Shown here: one piece after another, positions 20,106 to 31,167 of the stretch | Layout: every line of letters begins with the position of its first letter | Numbering within the stretch: the first letter of the stretch is position 1 | Made by a program: the position numbers and the translations under genes | Notes under the pieces: model-generated | Database searches by the model: none | What the model was told of the DNA's origin: nothing | What the model saw: only the letters and a program-made list of their open reading frames with translations | Origin: a virus | Strand: one strand, 5' to 3' | IMG/VR virus record: IMGVR_UViG_3300009431_000014 | Location: 5,909-69,908 of that record | Length of the DNA: 64,000 nucleotides

Positions 20106-21185
20106 ATGGGTTTGAATATGGATGCACTGAGGCAAAAATACGACGCAGTGCAAAAAGCAAAAGCAAGTAGGAATTATCAAGGCTTCTGGACTCCGAAGGT
20201 TGGGATGAACTCTATCCGAGTCTTACCGCCTTGGGATCCGAAGAAGGGACTTTACTTCAGGGACACTGCGTATCATTACAGTATCGGTGAAGAGAATCGT
20301 GCGTTCGTTTGTTTGAGAGCAGAAGGACAGTCATGTCCTATTTGCGAGTTGAGACAAGCTCTCTACAATTCTAATATTGAGGAGATGAAGGAACTCGCAT
20401 CTTCGCTTTCTCCGACAACCAGGATCTTCATGAATATCATCGATCGTAATGCTCCACAACAAGGAGTTCAGGTCTCACGTTTCGGTGTGACGATTCATGA
20501 AGGGATTGCGAGTTATATCTTGGATCCTCAGTGGGGAGATTTGACAGATCCTCAGGGTGGTAGGGATATTACTATCGAGAGAAGAGGACAGGGTATCGAC
20601 ACGGAGTATTTCGTTCGTGCGACACCTGCAGTTACTCCAATCTCTATGGATCCGAATGGTGTTAATGCTGTTCTTGCGGATCTGAAAGATCTGGATCAAA
20701 TAGTCAAGGTTCGGGAACCTCAAGAGTTAATAGATGCGGTTGCACCTATTCAGGAGATCTTGAACAAAGCTCTGGGTATGGTTGGAGGACAGGTTGGTCC
20801 AGCGTCACCACCACCTGCAACACCAGTGAAGTCCGCACCTGTAGCAGCTCCACAGCCCGCAGCTCCAAAGCCTGCACCTGTTCAGCCTCAACCTGCTCCT
20901 GTGGCTCCAGCACCCGTAGCACAGCCTGTACAACCTGCACCTACAACACCTGCACCTGCTCCTGTGGCTCCAGCACCTGCTCCTGCACCTGCTACACCTG
21001 CGGGTCCAGTGGCACCACCAGTTGATACAGAAGCACCGAAGCCAGTAACTCCCAAGGGGAGTAAGATGTCTATTCCAGAGCAGTATCAGAAGTGTTTTGG
21101 TTTGCAATATGACCCACAGAAAGATGATTGTATGCTCTGTGCATACGAAGCCTTCTGTATGCAATCCATGAATAAAACGAAGTGA
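20106..21185 (+). CDS. gp32-like single-stranded DNA-binding protein with Pro/Ala linker and C-terminal Cys cluster
   Basis: IRVLPP, H..C..CPICE, DLTDP..GRDITI; PAP-rich linker. Confidence 0.75.
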   Translation: MGLNMDALRQKYDAVQKAKASRNYQGFWTPKVGMNSIRVLPPWDPKKGLYFRDTAYHYSIGEENRAFVCLRAEGQSCPICELRQALYNSNIEEMKELASSLSPTTRIFMNIIDRNAPQQGVQVSRFGVTIHEGIASYILDPQWGDLTDPQGGRDITIERRGQGIDTEYFVRATPAVTPISMDPNGVNAVLADLKDLDQIVKVREPQELIDAVAPIQEILNKALGMVGGQVGPASPPPATPVKSAPVAAPQPAAPKPAPVQPQPAPVAPAPVAQPVQPAPTTPAPAPVAPAPAPAPATPAGPVAPPVDTEAPKPVTPKGSKMSIPEQYQKCFGLQYDPQKDDCMLCAYEAFCMQSMNKTK

Positions 21186-21192
21186 GGAGAGA

Positions 21193-22227
21193 ATGACTGA
21201 GAAAGAAAAACCTAATATCACTGACGAAGTTATCCAAGCGATCGAGGCAGAGTTCGGTGCAGGGAGTGTCACTACCCTTGGTGCTGGTGTAGCAAACTGT
21301 GATGTAACAGTTTGGGCTCCTACAGGTTCCTTGTTACTGGATCTTGCAATTGGTCATGGATTGCCCGCAGGCAGACTGACAGAAGTCTACGGAGATACTT
21401 CTACAGGTAAAAGTACTTTGGTAGCACACGTCATCGGAGAACATCAGAAATCGGGAGGAGTTGCAGTTCTTTTCGATACAGAGTCTGGGTTCTTGCCTGA
21501 CCAAGCTCGGAGGATTGGAGTTGATGTAGATAAACTGATTTATGCAGCACCGTCTACACTCCAGGAAGTTTTTGAGATGATTGAACTCTCTATCCAACGT
21601 GTTAAAGTTTCAAAAGATACTCGTCCGTTATTGATTGTCTGGGACTCTGTTGCAGCTACTCCTACGAAGGAAGAGCTCGAAGGAGAGTTCGGGAAGCAAC
21701 ATATGGGGTTACATGCTAGATTGATCTCTCAAGCGATGCGTAAGATTACTACGATGATCTCCAAGGAGAATGTTATACTTCTTTTTGTTAATCAGATCAG
21801 GACGAGTATTGGAGTTACTTTTGGAGACCCGACAACTACTTTGGGTGGAATGGCGATTCCGTTCCATTCTTCTGTTAGGATGCAACTTAAACGATCAGGG
21901 TATCTCAAAGATACTGCTGGTGAGACCTACGGGATTTTAGTTAAATGTCGTATTACCAAGAACAAAGTATCACCTCCATTCAGAGAGGCTGAGATCCATC
22001 TTGAGTTCGATAAGGGAATCGTGGATGCAGCTACTTGGATAAACTGGTTAGTGGCGAAACAACTAATCGGTCGAGCTGGTGCTTGGTATACATTCAAAGA
22101 TCCTGCGACTGGAGCGGATATCAAGTTACAATATAACTCGTATCTGAAGAAGATCCAAGAAGATGAGGCTTTCAAAGAGAGTCTGAAGAAGATTATTCTT
22201 GATAACTATTATGTAGTGAGGACTTAA
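21193..22227 (+). CDS. recA: RecA/UvsX recombinase
   Basis: PTGSLLLDLAIG, GDTSTGKST Walker A, WDSVAA, NQIR, KNKVSPPF. Confidence 0.95.
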   Translation: MTEKEKPNITDEVIQAIEAEFGAGSVTTLGAGVANCDVTVWAPTGSLLLDLAIGHGLPAGRLTEVYGDTSTGKSTLVAHVIGEHQKSGGVAVLFDTESGFLPDQARRIGVDVDKLIYAAPSTLQEVFEMIELSIQRVKVSKDTRPLLIVWDSVAATPTKEELEGEFGKQHMGLHARLISQAMRKITTMISKENVILLFVNQIRTSIGVTFGDPTTTLGGMAIPFHSSVRMQLKRSGYLKDTAGETYGILVKCRITKNKVSPPFREAEIHLEFDKGIVDAATWINWLVAKQLIGRAGAWYTFKDPATGADIKLQYNSYLKKIQEDEAFKESLKKIILDNYYVVRT

Positions 22228-23162
22228 TGAGAACGCTTTTAGTCGATGGAAAGAACATTGCATACAGATGTTTTGTTGGTGGAGCGATGTCTACAGAAGA
22301 AGGGACTCGTACTGAAGTTCCCTTTCTTTATATAAAGATTCTTTCCAAGATTGTTAGAGAGATCGGGGATGTCGATCGAATCTACGTCTGTTGGGATCAT
22401 GGGTTGAGTCCTTATCGAATTGCACTCTATCCACCATACAAGCAGCGTGCTCAAGATTCAATCGCACCCTCTCTTCAAAGAACTCGGAGAGAGATTGAAC
22501 GACAACGTCCGATATTGAAAGAGTTCTTGATGAGTATGGGAGTTGGGTACATCGAGTTACCGAACACTGAAGCAGATGATATTATCGCTTTGTTAGCAGT
22601 GAGGAGCTCTTTCTTAGGGGAAGAAGCTTATATCATTTCTTCTGATAAAGATTATCTCCAATTGGTTGGTAAGAATCTGAATGTCTATGATGGTCGAGGA
22701 CGTGTAGTGACCATAGAGAACTTCGCAGAATACCAAAAAGGGTTGACACCGATCGGATTCAGTTATGCTCATGCGATCCTAGGGGATGGGAGTGATAACA
22801 TCCCAGGAGTACACGGTGTTGGGTGGAGCACAATTATCAAGCTGCAAGATCCTTTGAACCGTGCGAGGAACCTAGAGGAAGTTTTTCAACTGATAACTCA
22901 AATTTGTCGTGAGAAGAAAGACCATCGTATTCAGAAGATCGTCGAAAATTGGGAAGCTGTCCAAAGAAATTATAAATTAATTAACCTAAGGAGACCTCCT
23001 ATCCGAGGAGAAGAGGCTCTGCGGTTCTACGATCGTGTTGATCAGATCCGTATCCCTAAATTCGACGGTGGGAGATTAATGGAGTTGATGAAGTATTATG
23101 AGATGCAGAGTCTTATAATGAAGTTCAACTATTGGATGTCTCCGTTCGAAAGGTTATCATGA
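22227..23162 (+). CDS. 5'-3' exonuclease / flap endonuclease
   Basis: LLVDG, YKQR, EADDII, SSDKDYLQL, GDGSDNIPGV. Confidence 0.93.
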   Translation: MRTLLVDGKNIAYRCFVGGAMSTEEGTRTEVPFLYIKILSKIVREIGDVDRIYVCWDHGLSPYRIALYPPYKQRAQDSIAPSLQRTRREIERQRPILKEFLMSMGVGYIELPNTEADDIIALLAVRSSFLGEEAYIISSDKDYLQLVGKNLNVYDGRGRVVTIENFAEYQKGLTPIGFSYAHAILGDGSDNIPGVHGVGWSTIIKLQDPLNRARNLEEVFQLITQICREKKDHRIQKIVENWEAVQRNYKLINLRRPPIRGEEALRFYDRVDQIRIPKFDGGRLMELMKYYEMQSLIMKFNYWMSPFERLS

Positions 23163-23313
23163 TTAAATTCGAGATCTGTGAGAAAGATAAAGACAAGAAC
23201 TGGAAGTCTCGTAGGTATGTTCTTTGGGTCGGGGATTTGAAATACCACCTTAGTAGGACGGAGGCTCTATCTTTGAGACACCAGATCAATAAATACAAAC
23301 TGAAGGAGTCGAA

Positions 23314-24363
23314 ATGATTATCACTGCAGATCTCCACGCTCATGACTATAAAGAGTTCGCTGATCATCTACCGAATGGACTGACTACTCGGTTGAATGAG
23401 TTTGTGAGTTCTATGGATTATCTTCACCAATGTATGCTCTCGTGGGAAGAGAAGGTGTTAGTTATCCTTGGAGATGTGAATCATCTTCGTTCTTATTTGA
23501 AGGTACCTGTCCATAACCTTGTTTATCAACAATTAAAGAAGATCAAGGAGTCTGGTATCCAGATCTATTTGCTTGTTGGGAACCATGATCAATATGATCA
23601 GCTTGGAAAAGAGCATTCTTTGAAGGTCTATGAACCGTTGGCGACTATCATCGATACTCCACAGTTGCATGAGATCGAAGGAAGTCAATGTTATTTTATC
23701 CCTCATTGCAAACATAAGCAAACCCTTTATGCAGAGTTCGAGAAGATTACATCGATGAAAGCGTTAGATCAAGGAATCTTATTCTTACACCAGTATATCG
23801 ATGGCGTTACTTTAGATAACAATGCTCATTACTACCTTTCTGGATTGGTTGTGCCAGAATTCATCAAGAGTAAATTCAAATGGATTATCTCGGGAGATGT
23901 ACACAAGAAGCAGATTTTTGATAACATCATGTATCCTGGGAGTCTTCTATCTCATAACTTCGGAGACAAATTCCAGGACAAATCTTTCTACCGATATGAC
24001 GGTAAAGAATTATTAGAATACAAGAATCCTCATAGTCCTGTGTTCTTAACACATGTCATCGAGGAAACTACGAAGCTCGAAGAGGAGTTCCATTTCTCAG
24101 AGACTTCCAGAACTTATATTGAAGCTCGTTGTTCTAAGGAACGGTATGAAGAAGTTGAGGATTATCTTAACAAGTTCCCGAATGTCCGTTATAGGATTGT
24201 CCTTCTCAAGAAAGAGAAAGACTACGTACCGAGATCAGGGATCAAACTAGCCTCGACTGTTCCAGATAATATTATCCAATACGTTAACTTCGCTGGTGAG
24301 GGGGATCAAAAATTGATTGACCTCGGTGTAGCGATCTACGAAGAGGCAGGTAAGTTGATATGA
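23314..24363 (+). CDS. Mre11/SbcD-like nuclease (gp47-like)
   Basis: ADLH, GDVNH, GNHD, GDVH, YPGS metallophosphoesterase motifs. Confidence 0.9.
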   Translation: MIITADLHAHDYKEFADHLPNGLTTRLNEFVSSMDYLHQCMLSWEEKVLVILGDVNHLRSYLKVPVHNLVYQQLKKIKESGIQIYLLVGNHDQYDQLGKEHSLKVYEPLATIIDTPQLHEIEGSQCYFIPHCKHKQTLYAEFEKITSMKALDQGILFLHQYIDGVTLDNNAHYYLSGLVVPEFIKSKFKWIISGDVHKKQIFDNIMYPGSLLSHNFGDKFQDKSFYRYDGKELLEYKNPHSPVFLTHVIEETTKLEEEFHFSETSRTYIEARCSKERYEEVEDYLNKFPNVRYRIVLLKKEKDYVPRSGIKLASTVPDNIIQYVNFAGEGDQKLIDLGVAIYEEAGKLI

Positions 24364-26351
24364 GAATCCTAGAAGTCCAATTAGAAGAGTTCATGGTATA
24401 CAAGAAGTTAAACCTTGCGTTAACCGACTTAGGGTTGATAGGGATCCAAGGGAATAACGCAGATTCAACTTGTGCAGATTCTAACGGTGCTGGGAAGTCC
24501 GCTATTATCGAGGCGATTGTCTGGGGATTATTCGGACAGACTATCCGTGCTCTCAAAGATAAAAATGACGTTGTCAATCGAGTTGCAGGAAAGAACTGTC
24601 TCGTCTCTCTGAAGATCCTCAAAGATGATTCTACGTATACAATAACTAGGACTCGTGCTCATAAGAAGCTTGGGAATGCTCTGAACCTTTACTGTGGAGA
24701 CGAAGAGATCACAAAGGGTACGATGGTAGAGACTCAGAAGTTCTTGAATGAGCTCATTGGATTCGAGTACCAAGCCTTCGTCAATACAATTGTATTCGGT
24801 CAAGGCGATGTCCGTCAGTTCTCTCAAGCTACAGATGCTGAACGGAAAGCTATGTTCGAAAAGTTATTAGATACAGAAGTTTATACTCGGTGCTTGAACT
24901 ATACCAAACAAACGATGAGTGACATCAATCGGGAGTTGGAGCTCCTGGATAAAGACTTCAGTTATCTCGCTCAACAGAAAGAGTCTATTGAGCAGGAGTT
25001 AGCAGGTCTCCAAGTTCGGAAGCAAGGATATGAGCAAGAGCGTCAGGAGAAGTTGAAGGCTCTTGAGAAACAACTTACTGATTTGGGAGATCCTGGGGAC
25101 TTAGAGAATCTCGAGAAACAAGTCCAAGAGTCTCGTTCGAAGCTCCAAGAGCTGACTTCTCAGAAAGCTCAAGCTCAGCAGGAGTTGGATTCGAAGATCG
25201 CAGACTTGAACGACAAGAAATACCAAGCTCAAAGTAAGATCGATGCTCAGATCTCTGAACTCAAACAGCAGATCTCTAGTCACTCTGCAACTGCTCGGGA
25301 GATACAACGTAGAAAAGATAAGTTGACAGGACTCGAAGGGAAATGTCCTACTTGTGAAGGTGACATAGACCCCTCTAGAGTTCAGAGTGTTGTTAAAGCT
25401 CTGGATAGTGACCTCACTAAATTACAGACGGAGAACGCAGAGTTCCAGAATCAAATTAATATGTTCGAACAATCGAAGACTCAGAAAGCTACGCAGTTCG
25501 CAAAGTCTATCAAGGAGATCGAGGATCAGAAAACTCTGAAGTCCCAAGAGTTCGAGAAGTCTCTCCAGGGATTGGAGGACGTTCGGGATTCTTCTGAGAC
25601 TCGCTTGAGAGATGCGAAGGTCATAGCATCTAAGCAAGAGTCGTTTAATCGTGCAATCCAAGAATTAAAAACCGCTAAAGAGCCTTATACAGAGTTGATT
25701 GAGCAGAAGGCGAAGCAGGGTGAGGGAATCAAGAATAAAACGCAAGAGCAAGCAAACCTACGCCAAACCAAGCTTGATACAGTCGAAGGTTTGAAGTTCT
25801 GGGAGAAGGGCTTCGGATTGCGTGGGATTAAATCTTTAATACTAGAGGAGGTAGTTCCTTACTTAAATGATCGTTTGGGATTTTATACTAACTATTTAAC
25901 TAACGGTGAGATTAGCATTGCCCTTGATACCCAATCGGAATTGAAGGGTGGCGGATACGCTGACAAAATGAATGTCACAATCACATCTTCCAGAGGCGAG
26001 ACCTCGAATTATGAGAGTAGTTCTGGAGGAGAGCGTAGAAGAATCGATGCTTGTCTTTTGTTCGCATTACAGGATCTTGCACAGCAACGAGCGAACAAGG
26101 TGAACATCCTGTTTATCGATGAAATGTTCGATGTGTTAGATGAACTCGGAGTCGACAAACTGATCTCTCTACTTTGGAAGAAACAACAGGATACGGAGTT
26201 GGAGACGATTATTGTAATCTCTCACAACAAGTCTATCTTGAGTTCTCTCCCAAGGAGGATGGAAGTCACTAAGAGGAAGGGTAGCTCGACTGTCAAAATA
26301 CCTACTACAGGAGGCTCAGATGAAAGGGAAATGCAAGTGGTTCAATCGTAA
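24360..26351 (+). CDS. Rad50/SbcC-like ATPase (gp46-like)
   Basis: NGAGKS, coiled coil with CPTC hook, SSGGE, FIDE, ISH. Confidence 0.93.
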   Translation: MRILEVQLEEFMVYKKLNLALTDLGLIGIQGNNADSTCADSNGAGKSAIIEAIVWGLFGQTIRALKDKNDVVNRVAGKNCLVSLKILKDDSTYTITRTRAHKKLGNALNLYCGDEEITKGTMVETQKFLNELIGFEYQAFVNTIVFGQGDVRQFSQATDAERKAMFEKLLDTEVYTRCLNYTKQTMSDINRELELLDKDFSYLAQQKESIEQELAGLQVRKQGYEQERQEKLKALEKQLTDLGDPGDLENLEKQVQESRSKLQELTSQKAQAQQELDSKIADLNDKKYQAQSKIDAQISELKQQISSHSATAREIQRRKDKLTGLEGKCPTCEGDIDPSRVQSVVKALDSDLTKLQTENAEFQNQINMFEQSKTQKATQFAKSIKEIEDQKTLKSQEFEKSLQGLEDVRDSSETRLRDAKVIASKQESFNRAIQELKTAKEPYTELIEQKAKQGEGIKNKTQEQANLRQTKLDTVEGLKFWEKGFGLRGIKSLILEEVVPYLNDRLGFYTNYLTNGEISIALDTQSELKGGGYADKMNVTITSSRGETSNYESSSGGERRRIDACLLFALQDLAQQRANKVNILFIDEMFDVLDELGVDKLISLLWKKQQDTELETIIVISHNKSILSSLPRRMEVTKRKGSSTVKIPTTGGSDEREMQVVQS

Positions 26352-26607
26352 ACTCGGGTACGGTTATATTACTGGTGAAGACAAAGAAGATTATTTTGCT
26401 CACCATACAAATATCAAAGGTGAGGGATTTCGGAATCTTAATCGTGGAGACGGTGTAGAGTTCAGCCCCACGAAGAATGCCAAGGGATCTCTGGCGTCGG
26501 AGATAGTGGTTACTCAAGCTGTACCGACTAGACCTCCACGTGCTCGGTTCGATGGAGGTCGGAAGTTGGATGGTAAAGGAGGGAAGCGTGAGGGTACTAG
26601 CAATTGA
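26320..26607 (+). CDS. Cold-shock domain protein
   Basis: GKCKWFN..GYGYI..DYFAHHTNI..GFRNL. Confidence 0.9.
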   Translation: MKGKCKWFNRKLGYGYITGEDKEDYFAHHTNIKGEGFRNLNRGDGVEFSPTKNAKGSLASEIVVTQAVPTRPPRARFDGGRKLDGKGGKREGTSN

Positions 26608-27067
26608 CATAGGAAGTTACACAGGATGGGCTTTATTCACTGGCACTCCCAGTGATAACTTCCTTGTTACAGGAGACATCCAACATGGGATGTGGGATCT
26701 TTATAAACCGAAGTTCGATGGAGCAGGCTGGCGGTATTTGAATTTTGTCAGTAAGTTACGTGCTCTTCAAGAGTATGGGAAGATTGACGTTGTCTTCTAT
26801 GAAGCTGTTCGTAGGCACATGGGCACAGATGCAGCACACATCTATGGTGGGTTGTTATCACATCTTCAGTCTTTCTGTGAGTCTCATGAGATCCCTTATC
26901 GTGGTGTCCCTATTGGTACTTGGAAGAATCATCTAACAGGTAAAGGGAACTCGAATAAACAAGTGGTTGCCGATACAGTTAAGAAGCTTTTCAAAGATAT
27001 ACAAGTACAAGATGAAGCAGATGCGATCGGTATTTTGAAGTATGCAATCGAATGTGAGCTCAAATGA
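26588..27067 (+). CDS. RuvC-like Holliday junction resolvase
   Basis: LAIDIG, VFYE, TGKGNSNK, DEADAIG. Confidence 0.85.
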   Translation: MRVLAIDIGSYTGWALFTGTPSDNFLVTGDIQHGMWDLYKPKFDGAGWRYLNFVSKLRALQEYGKIDVVFYEAVRRHMGTDAAHIYGGLLSHLQSFCESHEIPYRGVPIGTWKNHLTGKGNSNKQVVADTVKKLFKDIQVQDEADAIGILKYAIECELK

Positions 27068-27717
27068 AAGCTCAGTATGATGCGGAAAAGTTTAAATCTC
27101 TTTATAGAGAATACACGGAAGAGTCTAAGGAGGAGTTGCTCGGAGAAGTCTTACTTAGTCTAGAAGGGTTAATCAACAGTGTTGTCTACTCGAAGTTCAG
27201 TTCTACTTATAAAGGAGTTCAACAAGAAGATTTAAAACAAGAAGCTTTCCTTTATTTATTAACCTTCCTTAAAGACCGCTCTGTCGACCTGCAACAGAAT
27301 TATACTTCCTTCCTCTACCGTTGTATCTATCATTACTTAGTTAGTTACTGTCGTAAAAGAGATGAAACGCATTTATCTTATGAAGATGAACTAGGGATCA
27401 ATCTCGAGGAGATCATAGATCCGAAGACGGTTCGGAATTATCATACTAAGGAAGCACTGATGTTTGTGAAGAATGAGCTTTACCAGTTACACGAGTACTT
27501 CAGAATCGAAGAGGGGAAGGATGTTTGTAAATTTATCTGTCATTATTATGTCGGCAAGAAAGGGATGCCTCCTCTCGAGTTGGTGCAGGAGAAATTCTTG
27601 AAGATCTCTGGAGTGAATTCGATCTATGTGATTGCGATTGCTATGGTGCGATCGAGGGTTTGGGAATTACGCCAACTTCTCGGAAGAGAGGCGAGATTCC
27701 CTCTTCTTCGCTCATAA
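27064..27717 (+). CDS. Second sigma factor-like protein
   Basis: EDLKQEAFLYL..F/YTSFLY..I...L..Y.RK region-2 pattern. Confidence 0.6.
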   Translation: MKAQYDAEKFKSLYREYTEESKEELLGEVLLSLEGLINSVVYSKFSSTYKGVQQEDLKQEAFLYLLTFLKDRSVDLQQNYTSFLYRCIYHYLVSYCRKRDETHLSYEDELGINLEEIIDPKTVRNYHTKEALMFVKNELYQLHEYFRIEEGKDVCKFICHYYVGKKGMPPLELVQEKFLKISGVNSIYVIAIAMVRSRVWELRQLLGREARFPLLRS

Positions 27718-27731
27718 AGGGCTCTCTACAA

Positions 27732-27745
27732 CGTTTAGTTGTTGA
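27732..27745 (+). promoter_or_regulatory. Phage promoter-like motif CGTTTAGTTGTTGA (1-nt shorter variant)
   Basis: Intergenic copy of the motif. Confidence 0.55.
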
Positions 27746-27754
27746 AGGCGAACG

Positions 27755-28132
27755 GTGGTTCGGAAAATGAAAAATCAGGGCTCTAGAGGGCTCTCAGAGG
27801 GTCGAATGAAAACACAAGAAAGATTACCTGAATTAAGACGATGGTTACCTAAATACAAGAAGTGGTCTTTGTTACCAGAGCTTCTTGAATTCTTAGGAGA
27901 GGAGAAGTTCGAAGAGTTCATCCAGGTGTTCGGTGGACTCACTGTCGTGTTACCAACTCCTCATCGTTGGAATCAGTGGTTGAGGAATCTTAGAATCTAT
28001 AAACGTTTGAATCAAGGAAGTTCATACCAAGTAACAAAGTCATTAGCAGACCATTATGATCTTTCTCCTGAAAGAGTTCGGCACATCCATATGGAAGTAC
28101 GAGCAATTCTGGAGGAGGGGTTAAAGGATTAA
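27755..28132 (+). CDS. Mor/C-like transcription activator
   Basis: FGGLTVVLP..RNLRIY..LADHYDLSPERVRHI; true start may be 27767 or 27806. Confidence 0.7.
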   Translation: MVRKMKNQGSRGLSEGRMKTQERLPELRRWLPKYKKWSLLPELLEFLGEEKFEEFIQVFGGLTVVLPTPHRWNQWLRNLRIYKRLNQGSSYQVTKSLADHYDLSPERVRHIHMEVRAILEEGLKD

Positions 28133-29284
28133 GATGCTCTATCTAGTAATTAATAATGAGAAACATTACATCGATCCTATTCTTGTTGAGAAGTATTGTC
28201 TATCGGCTGGGGAGTATACACCTTTTACTAGATTAAGGATCGAGGAGGATAAACCAGATGCCACAGATAAGCATGAGCCCAGCGGAGATGGAGCTTTGTC
28301 TGAAGTTGATCGAGACGGAGAAGAAGCAGGCGAAGGACGAGAATTACAAGACGATGTTGTTGAATCTGATTGAACGTTTCAAGATCTACGTTAAGTTGGA
28401 CAAAGAATAGGCAGGAATCCACAGAGATGGATCTCATTTGTGATGAATGCAGACAGTCGGTTGATATGGTTTACTTCTGGGGCACAGACGAGATCTGTGG
28501 AACTTGCAAGCGAGCTCGGGAATCTCGTGGGTTGGGAGTCCCAGAAGATTCTACTGGGCATCCTGAGGTGCTCGAGCCTATTGGATTAAGAACTTGTCCT
28601 ACTTGTAAGGGAGTCTGGAATACTGTGAGAGGTTATCAGATGCATCAGCGTCATGGATGCGGAGGATGTTCAGGTGAATAAAGCAGAGAAGACCCTTCTA
28701 ATTCAGTTAATTGCTAACGTAGATGATGTAGTGAGTAGCTTGTCTGAAGAACAGAAAACGAGATGCAGTAAAGGGATTCGTAAGATCTATTGTAATTATA
28801 ACAATTCGCTCGAGGGAGTAAGTGAGAGCAGTATAAAGAATGGGAGGGGCGATGTTTAGTACAATACCAGAAAAAGTGTGGTTTACTATTGCTCATGGGT
28901 TATGGTGGTTCTTCATCATGTGGGGTGGTTCCAAAGTGATTTGGAGTATCGGGCATGTTGCTGCGAGGTTCCATGAGGATATCTGTAAAAGGAATGCTTA
29001 TAGAGGGAGATCTAATCGATGACGCAAGGCTCTAAAGGAAAGAGGGATCCTTTTGATCAAGCTTTAATGAATCTTTATACTGAGTTGGTGGATGAGAATT
29101 TTCCGAAGCATCAGTGTAAGGAGAGAGGACAGGCGATCGTGCTTGTTGCGGAACTGAATTGTAACCTCCGAGCTCTAATTCAAGAGTATCTTCTTGATTT
29201 AATCGAAGTGGATTCTCCTGAAGAAGGTCGGAAAGGGAAATTGATCACGCTCGGAGGACAACTGTATTTAATAAGGATGAAAGA

Positions 29285-30208
29285 ATGAAGATACTAGTTA
29301 CAGGCGGTGCAGGATTCATTGGTGGTCATCTGCTCGAAGAATTGCTTAAACATAACTTTGAGCGGATCACTGTATTAGATAACTTCTCAACTGGAGTGGC
29401 AAGGAATATACCTAAGGAAGGTCGGATAGAAGTAGTGAACGCAGATATCCGAGAAGGTAAGAACGTTGCTAAGTATCTGGAAGGTAAAGACTTCGTCATC
29501 CATCTTGCAGCTAAGACGAGTGTGCCAGAATCGATGGAAGATCCGATGTCTTATGCTAGCACTAATTTGACAGGGTTACTGAACGTGCTTCACCTATCAG
29601 CTAGAGCTCAAGTAAGGCGATTCATCTACATCTCTTCATGTGCAGTCTATGGAGATTGTGGTCTCGTTGGGCAAGAAGATCTTAGTCCTAATAAGTATGT
29701 CCAGAATCATTACGCACTGCAGAAATACCTTGGAGAACTCTACACAGCCTATTGTCGGACTGCGAAGATGATCCCTACGAGTTTAAGATTAGCGAATGTA
29801 TACGGGGAACGACAGTTATTAGATCGAGGTGAGGGAGCAGTAGTACCATCTTTCATGACTGCGTTCTTGAATAAAAGGAACCCGATTATCTTTGGAGATG
29901 GGAGTCAGACTAGAGACTTCATCTACGTGAAAGATGTAGCGGATGCAATCGTAAGGGTGATGTTCTCTCGGGCGAAAGAGCCTGCGGTGTATAATGTCGG
30001 TACTGGAAGAGAAGTTACTATTACGCAATTGTGTGAGTTGATGAACAGATTCGGTCGTTTTGATCGGGAGCCTGCTTATGCTCCTGTTCGTAAGGGAGAT
30101 ATCCATCGTTCAATCTTATCTGTGGAGAAGCTCCGCTGTGAGATCGGGTGGACTGCGAAGACTTCAATCGAGGGAGGTCTCAAGAAAACTATGGCATTAT
30201 GGGGATAA
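29285..30208 (+). CDS. NAD-dependent nucleotide-sugar epimerase/dehydratase
   Basis: LVTGGAGFIG, SSCAVYG, YALQK (YxxxK), NVYG, GDGSQTRDF. Confidence 0.93.
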   Translation: MKILVTGGAGFIGGHLLEELLKHNFERITVLDNFSTGVARNIPKEGRIEVVNADIREGKNVAKYLEGKDFVIHLAAKTSVPESMEDPMSYASTNLTGLLNVLHLSARAQVRRFIYISSCAVYGDCGLVGQEDLSPNKYVQNHYALQKYLGELYTAYCRTAKMIPTSLRLANVYGERQLLDRGEGAVVPSFMTAFLNKRNPIIFGDGSQTRDFIYVKDVADAIVRVMFSRAKEPAVYNVGTGREVTITQLCELMNRFGRFDREPAYAPVRKGDIHRSILSVEKLRCEIGWTAKTSIEGGLKKTMALWG

Positions 30209-30240
30209 CGAACAACATAAGGAGATTCAACTCTCAAGAA

Positions 30241-30255
30241 CGTTAAGTTAGTTGA
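30241..30255 (+). promoter_or_regulatory. Phage promoter-like motif CGTTAAGTTAGTTGA
   Basis: Identical to the copy at 1617; followed by an RBS and ATG. Confidence 0.7.
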
Positions 30256-30705
30256 AGGAGAACCCATGTCTTTGTACGATGAGAATCAAAGGATCTGTAA
30301 GATCTGTCCTTATTGCAAGCATTTCGTATCAGAGACAGAGGACATGGAACCCGAGTGTAACGTAGATGAGGATTACACTCTTGAAGATTATTGTGAGTGT
30401 TATGAACGTAAGGGTAATTAAGATGCGAAGGATATTTCACACAGACCAGGAAGTCGGTAATCTGGATGACTATCGAGATTTCTTATCTCGTATAATGTTC
30501 GGAGCGATTGCAGGAAATAAAGAACTTCAACTTGATAGGAAGCGAGTGTTGAATGTTGCACTCTCTACATTGTTGACTGCTCTTTGTATGGAATACTATA
30601 GCCAGATCCAGGATAAAGGATTCAAGATTGATTTCGAACAGTTCAAGTTTGATATCACTCAAGAGTTCTACCATACTTTAGGACAATTACAGAAAGGAGT
30701 TCCTA

Positions 30706-31167
30706 ATGAAACTAAGTAAATGGATTCTAATCAGTGAGCTCCAATTGGTGTTAATCGTTAGTGTAGCCTTTATCTTTGTTGTCTCTCAAGATAAAGACTT
30801 CGTTGGAGAGGTTAAGGAAGTCTATGAAGGAGAAATCCCGAGGTCTACTTCAGCAGTACCTTCGGATCCTATTGTGATTGAAGAGGAAGGCGAGATTCTA
30901 GAGGATCCGATAATTGAGGAATCGTATGAGTTCCTAATCGGATCTGAAGAGCTCAGCATTTCTGCGAAGATGGATTACTCCGATATAACTTTTGGTAACT
31001 ATAGTGGAGAGATTATGGTTGTTGAGATGACAGATGAACAGTTCGCTCAGAAGGTGATCATTAATAAACTATACATTGAACGTGTGGAAGATAATGAAGA
31101 CCAGATGATAATTCATCTGAACCCTGAGGCTGATAGGTGTCTAGCCGATGAGGAGGATACAGAATGA
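30706..31167 (+). CDS. Membrane-anchored acidic protein
   Basis: N-terminal transmembrane segment, Glu/Asp-rich body. Confidence 0.55.
   Translation: MKLSKWILISELQLVLIVSVAFIFVVSQDKDFVGEVKEVYEGEIPRSTSAVPSDPIVIEEEGEILEDPIIEESYEFLIGSEELSISAKMDYSDITFGNYSGEIMVVEMTDEQFAQKVIINKLYIERVEDNEDQMIIHLNPEADRCLADEEDTE

Noticed and set aside
20805-21272. Minus-strand Arg/Cys-rich ORF and repeated CCTGCA/CCAGCA DNA
   Set aside because: Antisense of the Pro/Ala linker of the SSB; codon-level repeats only
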